Shown here: positions 20,088 through 29,575 of the stretch, in pieces
Numbering within the stretch: position 1 is the first letter of the stretch
How the letters are laid out: every line of letters starts with the position of its first letter
Sequence record: SRR31156797_1554
Strand: one strand, 5' to 3'
Length of the DNA: 33,359 nucleotides
The notes under the pieces: generated by a model
The model's input: only the letters and a program-made list of their open reading frames with translations
Told to the model about the DNA's origin: nothing
The model's database searches: none
Position numbers and translations under genes: made by a program

Positions 20088-21664
20088 TGTCAAACGGTTA
20101 TTGGATGCTGGTGCTCCATTCGCACCTCCCATTTGTTAAGCATCCTGAATATGAATATTTCCTAGAGGAACACTGGTTTTACGAAGCCATTTCCGAAACA
20201 TATATACCTATGCTCCAGTACATGAAAAAGATGCAGGACGAAGGGATTAACTTTCGCTTCGCTACATCTGTAACCCCTCCTCTCGCTGAGATGATGAGTG
20301 ATGGTCTACTCATGGAGCGCTACGAAAAACATATAGAGAAGATGCTCGAGCTTGCTGACAAAGAGATCGAAAGAACCAAAGGCACATGCTTTGAGCATCT
20401 AGCACACATGTATAAAGATAAATTTATCGGTCTGAAAGAGTTCTATTACGGTTTCCTTAACAGGAGCCTGATCAACGGCTATAAGCACTTTCAGAATGCC
20501 GGATACATAGATATAATGACCTGCGGTTTTACTCACGGCTTCCTCCCTCTGCTCAGCAATACTGAAAACGCTGTCAGGGCACAGGTTGAAATGGCTGTAA
20601 AGAGCCACGAACAGAAGTTCGGACAAAAACCCAGAGGTATATGGCTGCCTGAGTGCGCATATTTCGAAGGGCTTGACGATGTACTCGCTGAATACGGCAT
20701 AAGATACTTCTTTGTCGATACCCACGGTGTGCTCTATGCAAAACCTAGACCTAGATATGGCGTTTACGCACCTGTATTTACCAAGAGCGGTGTTGCGGCT
20801 TTCGGACGTGATTATTACTCTTCTAAACAGGTATGGAGCTCTAAAGAGGGCTATCCGGGCGACATCAACTATAGAGATTTCTATCGTGATATAGGCTACG
20901 ACCTGAACCACGATTATATAAAACCTTATATCAGTCCGGATGGAGAGCGGGTTTTCACCGGATTCAAATATCATAGAATCACTGGTGATAGCGAGTATAA
21001 AGAGTTTTATGACCACAGAGTCGCATCAGAGAAGACTGTCGGTCATGCTAAACATTTTGTTGTTGAGCGTGAGAAGCAGCTCGCTGAGATTGCGGAGCTT
21101 ATCGACAGGAAACCTGTTGTGGTTTCACCTTATGATGCAGAGCTTTACGGGCACTGGTGGTATGAGGGACCTGAGTTCCTATATAACGTTTTCAAAGAGA
21201 TGGATAAATCTCAGTCAATAAAATCTGTAACCCCGACGGAATACCTTAATGAATACCAGACTAATCAGGTGGTGGCTGTTAACCCTTCATCATGGGGTGA
21301 CAAGGGGTATTACGACGTATGGCTGAATACTGGGAATGACTGGATCTACCGTCACCTCCACTTTATGTCTGACAAGATTGTGGATATGGCTAAGTTCCAT
21401 CACGACACGACTAACGACTTTAAACGAAGATGCCTGAACCAGATGGCACGTGAGCTCTTCCTCGCTCAATCGAGCGACTGGGCTTTCCTCGTGACCACCG
21501 GAACGGCAATAGATTACGCTGTTCAACGTACCAAAGAGCACATCCATAATTTTATGCGATTGCGTGACCTTGTGGACGGCGATAATGAGGATTTCCACTA
21601 TCTAAAGATGATCGAAGGTAAAAACAGTATCTTCCCTGATATGGATTTCAGAATTTACTGCTAA
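20087..21664 (+). CDS. GH57 1,4-alpha-glucan branching enzyme (DUF1957)
   Basis: HSHLP, GIWLPECAY, PYDAELYGHWWYEG, AQSSDWAF. Confidence 0.92.
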   Translation: MSNGYWMLVLHSHLPFVKHPEYEYFLEEHWFYEAISETYIPMLQYMKKMQDEGINFRFATSVTPPLAEMMSDGLLMERYEKHIEKMLELADKEIERTKGTCFEHLAHMYKDKFIGLKEFYYGFLNRSLINGYKHFQNAGYIDIMTCGFTHGFLPLLSNTENAVRAQVEMAVKSHEQKFGQKPRGIWLPECAYFEGLDDVLAEYGIRYFFVDTHGVLYAKPRPRYGVYAPVFTKSGVAAFGRDYYSSKQVWSSKEGYPGDINYRDFYRDIGYDLNHDYIKPYISPDGERVFTGFKYHRITGDSEYKEFYDHRVASEKTVGHAKHFVVEREKQLAEIAELIDRKPVVVSPYDAELYGHWWYEGPEFLYNVFKEMDKSQSIKSVTPTEYLNEYQTNQVVAVNPSSWGDKGYYDVWLNTGNDWIYRHLHFMSDKIVDMAKFHHDTTNDFKRRCLNQMARELFLAQSSDWAFLVTTGTAIDYAVQRTKEHIHNFMRLRDLVDGDNEDFHYLKMIEGKNSIFPDMDFRIYC

Positions 21665-21667
21665 ATG

Positions 21668-21710
21668 TTGCATAAGTAAAATCAAAATGATATATTGATA
21701 AAAATTATTA
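21668..21710 (+). promoter_or_regulatory. Ferritin sigma70 promoter with overlapping Fur/PerR-like box
   Basis: TTGCAT-N17-TATATT (extended TGn). TGATAAAAATTATTA at 21696-21710 has 2 mismatches to the 7-1-7 TGATAATnATTATCA. Confidence 0.6.
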
Positions 21711-21724
21711 TTTGGGAGAATCTG

Positions 21725-22231
21725 ATGATGACGGAAAAAATGACAAAAGCACTTAATGCACAGCTTAATTTTGAATATTACTCAGCTTATGTTTACCTCG
21801 CTATGTCTGCGCACGCCGACAACGTAGGTCTTAAAGGTATATCTAATTGGTTCGATGCTCAGTATCAGGAAGAGATGATGCACGCCACTAAATTTCTCCA
21901 CTACATAATGGAGAGAGCTGAGGTGGAGCTTGAGGCTATAGAAAAACCAAGGAAAGAGTATAAAGACGTCCTTGAGATGTTTGAGGTAACACTTGAGCAT
22001 GAGCAGGAAGTTACAGCCAGAATAAATGACCTAGCGACACTCGCCGCAGAAGAGAAAGACCACGCCACAAGCAACTTTCTTCAGTGGTTTATAAACGAGC
22101 AGGTCGAAGAGGAAGCGACTGTTAACGAAATCCTTGACGATATCAAGCTAGCCGGCGCAACAGGACCTGGACTCTTTATGATCAACAGAGAGCTCGGCTC
22201 AAGAACTTTTACTGCTGATCCACAAGCGTAA
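21725..22231 (+). CDS. ftnA: Non-heme ferritin
   Basis: Ferroxidase ligands NFEYYS, EEMMH, HEQEV, QWFINEQVEEE. GGAG SD before ATG 21725. Confidence 0.93.
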   Translation: MMTEKMTKALNAQLNFEYYSAYVYLAMSAHADNVGLKGISNWFDAQYQEEMMHATKFLHYIMERAEVELEAIEKPRKEYKDVLEMFEVTLEHEQEVTARINDLATLAAEEKDHATSNFLQWFINEQVEEEATVNEILDDIKLAGATGPGLFMINRELGSRTFTADPQA

Positions 22232-22257
22232 ATATAATAAACTTATCCAACAAAGAT

Positions 22258-22283
22258 AAGCCCCTCAGTTGAGGGGCTTTTTT
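22258..22283 (+). terminator. Intrinsic terminator after ferritin (possibly bidirectional)
   Basis: AAGCCCCTCA-GT-TGAGGGGCTT followed by TTTT. Confidence 0.9.
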
Positions 22284-22465
22284 GGTATTTGCAATACATG
22301 CATATCACAATACAGTGAAAGCATCTTTAACTGCCTATTTTTGCGAGTCACGTTGTGACTCTGATATAAGGCAATACAATTATAAATATACAGCGGTCGA
22401 CCAACGGAAGACCTGAAACGACTAAGCACAAACAGTCCAGCCAATTTGTGATACGCCACTAATTG

Positions 22466-22915
22466 CTAATTAGGGCAGTGGCATGTAAGGACCGGGCAGG
22501 AAGCGGCACGTACAACTTTTTCAGCGGTCGAGCCGAAGATAACATGCTCAAGCCCTGTACGCCCGTGGGTTCCAAGCACAATAAGATCGACACTGTTTTC
22601 ATCAGCGTATTTAATGATCTCATCATCTGCGATCCCTTTCACCATAGCTGTGGAATACTCAATGCCGTCGAGAGCGTTTGTCCCGTCGATAAACTCTTCC
22701 ATCTTAGCCTTTGCGCCATCTTCCATATCTTTCGAAAGATTCTTCACAGTGAGCTGAGGGAGATAAAATGATACCATCTGTGACTCATCAAGGAGCACGT
22801 GAAGCATCACAAGCTCAGCGTCGAACTTCTTAGCCATCTCTGCAGCATAATGCAGTGCGCACGCAGAAGGGTCGGAAAAATCTGTGGGATATAATATTTT
22901 TGTAACTTTAACCAT
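22466..22915 (-). CDS. Universal stress protein (UspA family)
   Basis: ILYPTDFS, DLIVLGTHGRTG.....FGSTAEKVVR.ASCPVL. Confidence 0.95.
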   Translation of the reverse strand: MVKVTKILYPTDFSDPSACALHYAAEMAKKFDAELVMLHVLLDESQMVSFYLPQLTVKNLSKDMEDGAKAKMEEFIDGTNALDGIEYSTAMVKGIADDEIIKYADENSVDLIVLGTHGRTGLEHVIFGSTAEKVVRAASCPVLTCHCPN

Positions 22916-22958
22916 ATGAAGCCCCCTATTAAGGAAGAAATTAATTACTTATAATTAA

Positions 22959-23327
22959 TTATATACGGTTTTCGAGAACTTTTCTGCAAAGATCGAGGAG
23001 TTTATTTACATCGTAAGGTTTATAGACCACATCGATTGCACCCATCTGGTAAGCGCTTAGCATATTTTCGATGTTGTCATAGCCAGTGAGGACGATAACA
23101 GGGATCTCACGTCCGAGGCTGCTTAGTGAATAGAGGAACTGGATACCATCAGAGACAGGCATAACAAGATCGGTAACAATGAGGTGATAGTCATTATCTT
23201 TCACTTTATCCAGTGCGAAAAGTCCATTACTCACTGAGTCGACCACGTACCCTTCGGATACGAAAAGTTCTTTCAGTGCAGACTGTTCCATCTCGTTGTC
23301 TTCCGCTAATAAAACTCTGTAAGCCAT
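22959..23327 (-). CDS. Single-domain response regulator
   Basis: LAEDN, VTDLVMP, LTG, KP. Confidence 0.9.
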   Translation of the reverse strand: MAYRVLLAEDNEMEQSALKELFVSEGYVVDSVSNGLFALDKVKDNDYHLIVTDLVMPVSDGIQFLYSLSSLGREIPVIVLTGYDNIENMLSAYQMGAIDVVYKPYDVNKLLDLCRKVLENRI

Positions 23328-23330
23328 TTT

Positions 23331-24170
23331 TTATCCAAATAATTGTATGTAGTTATCTTCTAATTGTACAGCAAGATCGTACAAATTAATACCTTTTATA
23401 CCGGAAATCTCTAACGCATTGTAAACAACGTGAGCCGGCTCATTACCTCTCCCTCTGAATGGTTCCGGAGTAAGGTAGGGGCAATCTGTCTCTATAAAAA
23501 GCCTGTCAGCAGGAACATATTTAACCGTATCACGAAGCTCGTCCGCCTTATTATAAGTTACCGGACCAGCGTATGATATATAAAACCCATTATCAAGTGC
23601 CCATTTCTGCAGGTCTCTGTCGCCGCTAAAGCAGTGGATAACGCCATTCTTTTCACGCCCTTTCACCACAGAAGCCATAACATCTATGCAGTCTTTCGCC
23701 GCATCACGGTTGTGTATTACAACCGGCTTATTCAGCCCGACAGCGAGATCGAGAAATATAGCAAACACCTCTTTCTGTTTGTCGTGCGGTGAGTGATTAC
23801 GAAAGTAATCTAAACCTATCTCACCAACAGCGATCGCTTTCGGATCTGATAATATCTCTTCGAACTTAGCAAGCTGCGAGATATCAAACCCCTCAGCATC
23901 ATGTGGGTGTACACCAGCAGAGCAAAACAAATTATCCGCCTTATTAGCTGTCGCCTGCGCTTTAAGCGAATCCTCAAGATCGATACCGATTGTCACAACC
24001 CTGTGGACACCATTCTCTTTCGCTCTATCAAGCACTTCCCCTAACTCACCCACGAGCGGGTCGAAGTGTATATGTGCATGAGTATCAGTAAACACCGCAC
24101 CTGCATCAGTAGCTTCTTTCAGCTCATCAAGGAATTCACGGTGTTTAAGACTACCCTTCTTCTTTATCAT
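23331..24170 (-). CDS. tatD: TatD family hydrolase/nuclease
   Basis: DTHAH, GVHPH, GEIGLDY, HCF, ETDCPY. Confidence 0.93.
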   Translation of the reverse strand: MIKKKGSLKHREFLDELKEATDAGAVFTDTHAHIHFDPLVGELGEVLDRAKENGVHRVVTIGIDLEDSLKAQATANKADNLFCSAGVHPHDAEGFDISQLAKFEEILSDPKAIAVGEIGLDYFRNHSPHDKQKEVFAIFLDLAVGLNKPVVIHNRDAAKDCIDVMASVVKGREKNGVIHCFSGDRDLQKWALDNGFYISYAGPVTYNKADELRDTVKYVPADRLFIETDCPYLTPEPFRGRGNEPAHVVYNALEISGIKGINLYDLAVQLEDNYIQLFG

Positions 24171-26101
24171 TTAATGTCAGTACCCGGCTCAACACCCTCC
24201 GGCAGTTCGAGCACCTTGTGCTGTTTGCCGTCTGATGTAGCTGAAAGTATCATACCTTCTGAGAGTGTCCCCATAAGCTTCGCCGGCTTAAGGTTAGCGA
24301 CAAGCACAACTGTCTTGCCAACCATCTCTTCCGGCTGATAGCTCTTAGCTATGCCTGAAACAACCTGACGTTTCTCATAGCCGAGGTCGAGCTGCATCTT
24401 AAGGAGCTTATCTGATTTCTTAATCTTCTCACATTCGAGAACCTTTGCCGCTTTCAGCACCATCTTCTCAAAGTGAGGGAAATCTATACTTTCGACAACA
24501 GGCTGACCTTCATCGTCCTGCTTCTTAGAGTCTGTTTCACTTTTGAGCTCTTCAAGCATAACCTTTTCGTCTATACGAGGGAAAAGCTGCTGAGCCTCGC
24601 CAAGTTTATGACCAGAGCCGAGAGTTCTCATCTTTCTGAGGTCTTCGACACTACCTTTCGCAAGGTCTGCCTCTGTGCCTAGCTGCTCACGCATTTTCAC
24701 AGCAGTATCAGGCATGAAAGGGTAAAGCAGAAGTGACACAAGTCTCATACCGTCTAGGACAGTGTAGAGGACAGAACCGAGCCTCTCCTTCTTCGCCTCA
24801 TCTTTTGCAAGTGCCCAAGGCGCTGTCTCGTCTATATATTTATTAAGTGCGCTCACAAGCTCCCACATAGTGGTAAGAGCTTTATTGAATGCCATGTTTG
24901 TAATGTGCTCATCCGCCTCTTTGAAGACACGCTCTATAGTCTCTTCAACAACCTTATCCTCAGGACCAGCCTCGCTATACGCAGGGACAACGCCGTCAAA
25001 ATATCTGTTAACCATGCCCATAGTACGGTTAAGCAGATTGCCCAAGTCGTTGGCAAGGTCGCCGTTAATTCTGTGTATCAGAGCTTTGAAAGAGAAATCA
25101 CCGTCAAGCCCGAAAGGAACCTCACGCATTAGGAAATACCTTATAGCATCAACGCCGAATTTATCTACCAGCCACGCCGGATCTATAGCGTTACCGAGTG
25201 ATTTAGACATCTTCTGCCCCTCAACAGTCCACCAGCCGTGTGCGAAAACAGACTTAGGGAGCGGAATGCCCGCACTCATAAGCATTGTAGGCCAGTAAAC
25301 AGTGTGGAACCTGAGAATATCTTTACCGACAACATGGTAGTCAGCAGGCCAGTATGTGTCAAAATCTTCGCCGTCAACACCGTAGCCGAGAGCGGAGATA
25401 TAGTTTGTAAGTGCATCAATCCAAACGTAAATAATGTGCTCAGGTTCGTCAGGGACTTTGATGCCCCAGTCGAATGTAACACGGGAAACAGAGAGGTCAC
25501 GAAGCCCCTCTTTTATGAATGATATGATCTCATTTCGCCTTGATTCAGGGCGGATAAAATCTTTGTTATCCTGAATGTGTTTAAGGAGCTGGTCGCCGTA
25601 TTTACTCATTTTAAAGAAGTATGTAGGCTCTTTCAGCATAGCTGTTTCACGACCGCAGGACGGGCAGCAGTTACCTTCCAAAAGCTGTGTTTCAGTGAGG
25701 TAAGTCTCGCAAGGAGTACAGTACCACCCCTCGTAATGACCGAGGTAAATATCTCCGTTTTCACGCATTTTGTTAAAGATTTTGCTTACTGCTTTTTTAT
25801 GCAGCTCATCTGTAGTACGGATGAATTTATCGTTAGAGATATTTAATATCTCCCAAAGACCAGCGAATCTCTGAACCACCTCGTCAGCGAGCTCTTTCGG
25901 TGTAATACCACGCTTTTCCGCTGACTGCTCGATCTTCTGACCGTGCTCATCAGTACCAGTAAGGAAGCATACGTCAAAACCGCAAAGCCTCTTATATCTG
26001 CTGATAGCGTCACATGCAACAGTGGTGTATGCGTGCCCTATGTGCGGTACGTCATTCACGTAATATATTGGTGTGGTGACATAAAAAGTTTTGCCTGTCA
26101 T
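24167..26101 (-). CDS. metG: Methionyl-tRNA synthetase with C-terminal tRNA-binding domain
   Basis: HIGH, KMSKS, zinc knuckle, C-terminal OB domain (NLKPAKLMG). Confidence 0.98.
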   Translation of the reverse strand: MTGKTFYVTTPIYYVNDVPHIGHAYTTVACDAISRYKRLCGFDVCFLTGTDEHGQKIEQSAEKRGITPKELADEVVQRFAGLWEILNISNDKFIRTTDELHKKAVSKIFNKMRENGDIYLGHYEGWYCTPCETYLTETQLLEGNCCPSCGRETAMLKEPTYFFKMSKYGDQLLKHIQDNKDFIRPESRRNEIISFIKEGLRDLSVSRVTFDWGIKVPDEPEHIIYVWIDALTNYISALGYGVDGEDFDTYWPADYHVVGKDILRFHTVYWPTMLMSAGIPLPKSVFAHGWWTVEGQKMSKSLGNAIDPAWLVDKFGVDAIRYFLMREVPFGLDGDFSFKALIHRINGDLANDLGNLLNRTMGMVNRYFDGVVPAYSEAGPEDKVVEETIERVFKEADEHITNMAFNKALTTMWELVSALNKYIDETAPWALAKDEAKKERLGSVLYTVLDGMRLVSLLLYPFMPDTAVKMREQLGTEADLAKGSVEDLRKMRTLGSGHKLGEAQQLFPRIDEKVMLEELKSETDSKKQDDEGQPVVESIDFPHFEKMVLKAAKVLECEKIKKSDKLLKMQLDLGYEKRQVVSGIAKSYQPEEMVGKTVVLVANLKPAKLMGTLSEGMILSATSDGKQHKVLELPEGVEPGTDIK

Positions 26102-26841
26102 ATCTCGCCTCCGGAATTATCTACAAGGTCTTCAAGCTTGACCGTTTCATCGTCTGTATATTGCTCTTTCGGACAACCGCCGCAAGGAAGTTCGCCGTCA
26201 GCGTAAACGTCTTTTTCATACATAAGGCAGCACATAAGTCTGCCGCAAACACCTGATATCTTAGTAGGATTCAGGATAAGATTCTGATCTTTAGCCATTT
26301 TAATAGAGATGTTATCAAACTTGCGAAGGAATGTCGAACAACAGAATTCCTTACCGCAAAGCCCGAAACCGCCTATCATCTTAGTAGCGTCTCTGACGCC
26401 AACCTGGCGCATCTCAATACGTGTGCGGAAAACTCTGGCTAAATCACGCACAAGCGCACGGAAGTCTATACGTCCGTCAGCAGTGAAGAAGAATGTGAGC
26501 TTGCTTCTGTCGAGTGTGTACTCAGCCTTAAGAAGCTTCATGTCGAGCTTATGCTCAAGCACGAATTCCTTACATTTATCAAAAGCTTCCGGCTCATCTT
26601 CAGTATTCTTCTTTTTATTGGCAACATCTTCCTCTGTCGCCAGCCTGATAAGTTTTTTCATCTCCGCCTTCGGATCGACCTGAATCTCTCTGTCAGCGTA
26701 GATAACGTTCGCAATATCCTCACCTTTCTCAGTTTCGACAATAACTTTATCGCCGAATTTTGACTCCACTCTATTAGATAGGAAGTCATATATCTTGCCC
26801 GCAGGCTTAAAAGCTACTCCTGTAGCATTAACTTTTTTCAC
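26098..26841 (-). CDS. ricT: PSP1/RicT (YaaT) family Fe-S protein
   Basis: FTADGRIDFRALV, CGKEFCC, SGVCGRLMCCL; holB-metG synteny. Confidence 0.9.
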   Translation of the reverse strand: MKKVNATGVAFKPAGKIYDFLSNRVESKFGDKVIVETEKGEDIANVIYADREIQVDPKAEMKKLIRLATEEDVANKKKNTEDEPEAFDKCKEFVLEHKLDMKLLKAEYTLDRSKLTFFFTADGRIDFRALVRDLARVFRTRIEMRQVGVRDATKMIGGFGLCGKEFCCSTFLRKFDNISIKMAKDQNLILNPTKISGVCGRLMCCLMYEKDVYADGELPCGGCPKEQYTDDETVKLEDLVDNSGGEI

Positions 26842-27694
26842 AAAGTACCTCAGTTGTTTTTATGTACAGATCAAGCCTGAACATGTCTAAACTGACATTA
26901 TAGTCAAGACGTCTCAAAATTTCCAGCAAATAGTTAGAAAAGTCGAGTAGTATTTCATCGCCAGTTTCTTTATATCTTTCAGTCATATATGCAAACATTG
27001 AACCACAATAGGCTCTTATCTTCTCTTTTGTGTCGAGCCCGTTAATCTCTTCATAGAGCGCATTTTTATCTTTTTCCGGAGAGAAGCGCCCTGTCTCGTC
27101 CATATTCTCAAGGAGAAACTGCCCGTAACTAACCGAGCCTGATGCCTGCTCCGCTATCTCAGATGCGGAGGCTATATCAGCTCCGTCAGAGATGAGAACC
27201 TGCTCCACCTCATCATTTGTAAGTGATGAAAAACGGATATTAATACACCTCGAACGTATGGTTGGGAGCACCTGTTCATATTTATCTGTGATAAGGAAAA
27301 AGTGAGTATCAGACGGTGGTTCCTCTAGGGTTTTAAGGAGTGCGTTTGCAGCTTCCTTCGTAAATGTATGCGCATTGTCGATGACATAGACTTTTTTCTT
27401 CCCCGATAGCGGAGACATGAAAGCGTCACCTGCAATCTGTCTTGTCACTTCGATCTTAACAGGAGACTCATCTATCACATGTATGTCTGGATGGTTCCCT
27501 TTCAGTCTGCACTGGCGGCATTCGCACGGCTCCAGATAAGACTCTTCAGCGCATATAACCGCCTTTGCAAGCTCAAGTGCGAATAGCTTTTTACCGCTCC
27601 CTTCACGCCCGCTGAAGATATAAGCATGATGAAGCTTGTCACCCTGCATAATATTCCTGAAAATGTCTTTCTCTTTATCGTGCCCTACTATCAT
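26828..27694 (-). CDS. holB: DNA polymerase III delta' subunit
   Basis: HHAYIFSG..GSGK, C..C..C zinc motif, HPD, ANALLKTLEEP, TIRSRC. Confidence 0.92.
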   Translation of the reverse strand: MIVGHDKEKDIFRNIMQGDKLHHAYIFSGREGSGKKLFALELAKAVICAEESYLEPCECRQCRLKGNHPDIHVIDESPVKIEVTRQIAGDAFMSPLSGKKKVYVIDNAHTFTKEAANALLKTLEEPPSDTHFFLITDKYEQVLPTIRSRCINIRFSSLTNDEVEQVLISDGADIASASEIAEQASGSVSYGQFLLENMDETGRFSPEKDKNALYEEINGLDTKEKIRAYCGSMFAYMTERYKETGDEILLDFSNYLLEILRRLDYNVSLDMFRLDLYIKTTEVLCEKS

Positions 27695-28326
27695 ACAAAA
27701 TTATCCAGTATATGCATCACATCATTGAGAACAGCCTGTGGAGACTGCATACCGTTGATGCGCCACACATTTTCAAACTTACCAGCATACCAGTCAAATC
27801 CACTAGCTACCTTCTTGAAAAAGTCCACACCGAGGGATTCAAACTTACCCTCTTCATCAACTTTATTATCACGTTTAAGCCTACCCAAAGCACGCTCCAG
27901 CGCAGTTTCAGGGTCTATTTCTATTATGAAAGTGATGTCCGGCATACGCTTTATGCTCTGACCAGCGAGATAATCCAAAAGGTCTTTATCAAGTCCTCGC
28001 CCGAAAATCTGATAGGCGTAAGTTGACGACACAAACCTGTCAGATATCACGTCACAACCGTCAGCGAGAGCCGGCAGAACAAGCTTTGTCTGGTGCTCCA
28101 GCCTGTCTGCGCAATAAAGCATCAGCTCTGATTCTGGCTCAAGGTTATATTCTTTACTTATAAGCAGTTGGCGCATAAGAAGCCCGGCATCAGTACCGCC
28201 AGGTTCCCTTGTTAGCTTAACTTTACGCCCCATATTCTGTAATTTTTCAGCCATCCCTCTGGAGAGTGTCGATTTACCACACCCGTCTATCCCGTCGATA
28301 GCTATGAAAAGGTTATAATCTTTCAA
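27691..28326 (-). CDS. tmk: Thymidylate kinase
   Basis: GIDGCGKST, TREPGG, SDRF. Probable TTG start at 28326 overlapping the upstream TGA. Confidence 0.95.
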   Translation of the reverse strand: MKDYNLFIAIDGIDGCGKSTLSRGMAEKLQNMGRKVKLTREPGGTDAGLLMRQLLISKEYNLEPESELMLYCADRLEHQTKLVLPALADGCDVISDRFVSSTYAYQIFGRGLDKDLLDYLAGQSIKRMPDITFIIEIDPETALERALGRLKRDNKVDEEGKFESLGVDFFKKVASGFDWYAGKFENVWRINGMQSPQAVLNDVMHILDNFV

Positions 28327-29249
28327 CGTGCACAATCCTTATCGCTGCCCTGAAGCTTTTCTATGCAGTGCTCCATAGCACTGAGGATAACCTGTAAATT
28401 CTCCACAGCACCCTTCGGACTGCCGGGAACATTCACAATCATCGTGCCGCCTCTAGCACCGACCACAGCACGGCTTATCATAGCCCTGTCAGTGATTTTT
28501 AAGCTTTCGGCACGCATAGCCTCCTCAAAGCCAGGCATACGTTTATCTATGACATTAAGTGTCGCATCCGGTGCGATATCCCTAGGTGAAACACCTGTTG
28601 AACCGTTAGTGATCACCACATCCACCTTTTGCAAATCTGCGTAATACTTAAGAGAATTCTCAAGCTGTTCCTGCTCGTCAGCGATAATCTCTGTGCGGGT
28701 AAAAGCGACATTGATATTCTCCTCAAGAAGCTTAACAACAGCAGGCCCCGTCTCATCAACACGCTCGCCCCTGCTCCCCTTATCGCTCATGGTGATAACA
28801 GCGACCGAAAGTCCATCTTTAGGCGTAATTGTCATCTCATCACCGACTTTCACTTCGCCCTCGCCACGTACAACTGCAAATATACCCTCTCGAGGCATAA
28901 CACAATCACCTGCGGCGTAAAAAATCTTACATCTCTGATGGCAGGTTTTACCGAGCTGGCTTATCACAAGCTCAACACCGTTAACAGTGACAACATCGCC
29001 GATGCGAACAGACATAAGGTCCACTCCCTCGGTTGTAATGTTTTCAGCGAAATCGCCGCTCTTCACTTCGAGACCTTTATCTTTAATCTTCTGAATGCTC
29101 TCAACAGCGAGCAGGCTCACCTGTCTGTGCCATTTTCCGCCGTGGGCATCGCCCTCTATTCCGAAATTATCTAACAGCTTTACTGACTCTACAGATGTCT
29201 TCTGAACACCTTTCGTCTCGCTTATATTTAGGCTCTGAATCTTTCCCAT
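28323..29249 (-). CDS. MOSC domain + MogA/MoaB molybdopterin-binding fusion
   Basis: GIEGDAH...WHRQVS, FAEN, CHQRC, CVMPREG, then ITMSD, GSTGVSPRD..PDAT, PGSPKG. GAGG SD before ATG 29249. Confidence 0.88.
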   Translation of the reverse strand: MGKIQSLNISETKGVQKTSVESVKLLDNFGIEGDAHGGKWHRQVSLLAVESIQKIKDKGLEVKSGDFAENITTEGVDLMSVRIGDVVTVNGVELVISQLGKTCHQRCKIFYAAGDCVMPREGIFAVVRGEGEVKVGDEMTITPKDGLSVAVITMSDKGSRGERVDETGPAVVKLLEENINVAFTRTEIIADEQEQLENSLKYYADLQKVDVVITNGSTGVSPRDIAPDATLNVIDKRMPGFEEAMRAESLKITDRAMISRAVVGARGGTMIVNVPGSPKGAVENLQVILSAMEHCIEKLQGSDKDCAR

Positions 29250-29310
29250 AATAAACTTCCTCAATTTGATTGAATAATATAATACTATCTTAGTAGTCTT
29301 TTGTCTTGAA

Positions 29311-29339
29311 AAAATAGAAGAAATAGCAAACATTGTCAA
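29311..29339 (-). promoter_or_regulatory. Sigma70-type promoter of the MOSC-mogA/tmk operon
   Basis: TTGACA-N17-TATTTT on the minus strand. Confidence 0.5.
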
Positions 29340-29371
29340 TATAACCAAAATTCGTTTAAAGGAGCATAGAA

Positions 29372-29575
29372 ATGGCAGAGAAAATTTTTAACGTAGACGG
29401 AATGTCTTGCGGACATTGTACTAAAGCAGTAAAAGGCGCAGTGGAAAATCTGGAAGGCGTTATAGCGTGCGAAGTCAACCTTGACGAAGGCACTGCCAAG
29501 GTCACATTCTCAGAAGATATGATCGAAAGTGACATTGTAGAAGCAATCGAAGACGAAGGATTTAAGGTTTCATGA
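29372..29575 (+). CDS. copZ: CopZ-like heavy-metal (HMA) chaperone
   Basis: GMSCGHC motif, 67 aa, AAGGAG SD. Confidence 0.88.
   Translation: MAEKIFNVDGMSCGHCTKAVKGAVENLEGVIACEVNLDEGTAKVTFSEDMIESDIVEAIEDEGFKVS

Noticed and set aside
22265-22459. 64-aa minus-strand ORF after usp
   Set aside because: No SD, atypical composition, ends inside the terminator; a non-coding explanation fits better.
22455-22462. Other CCACTAA/TTAGTGG copies (5530-5536, 22456-22462, 31077-31083), including the idea that the 22.3 kb RNA pairs with the flagellin loops
   Set aside because: None has a flanking stem, and 7-8 nt matches are expected by chance in 33 kb.
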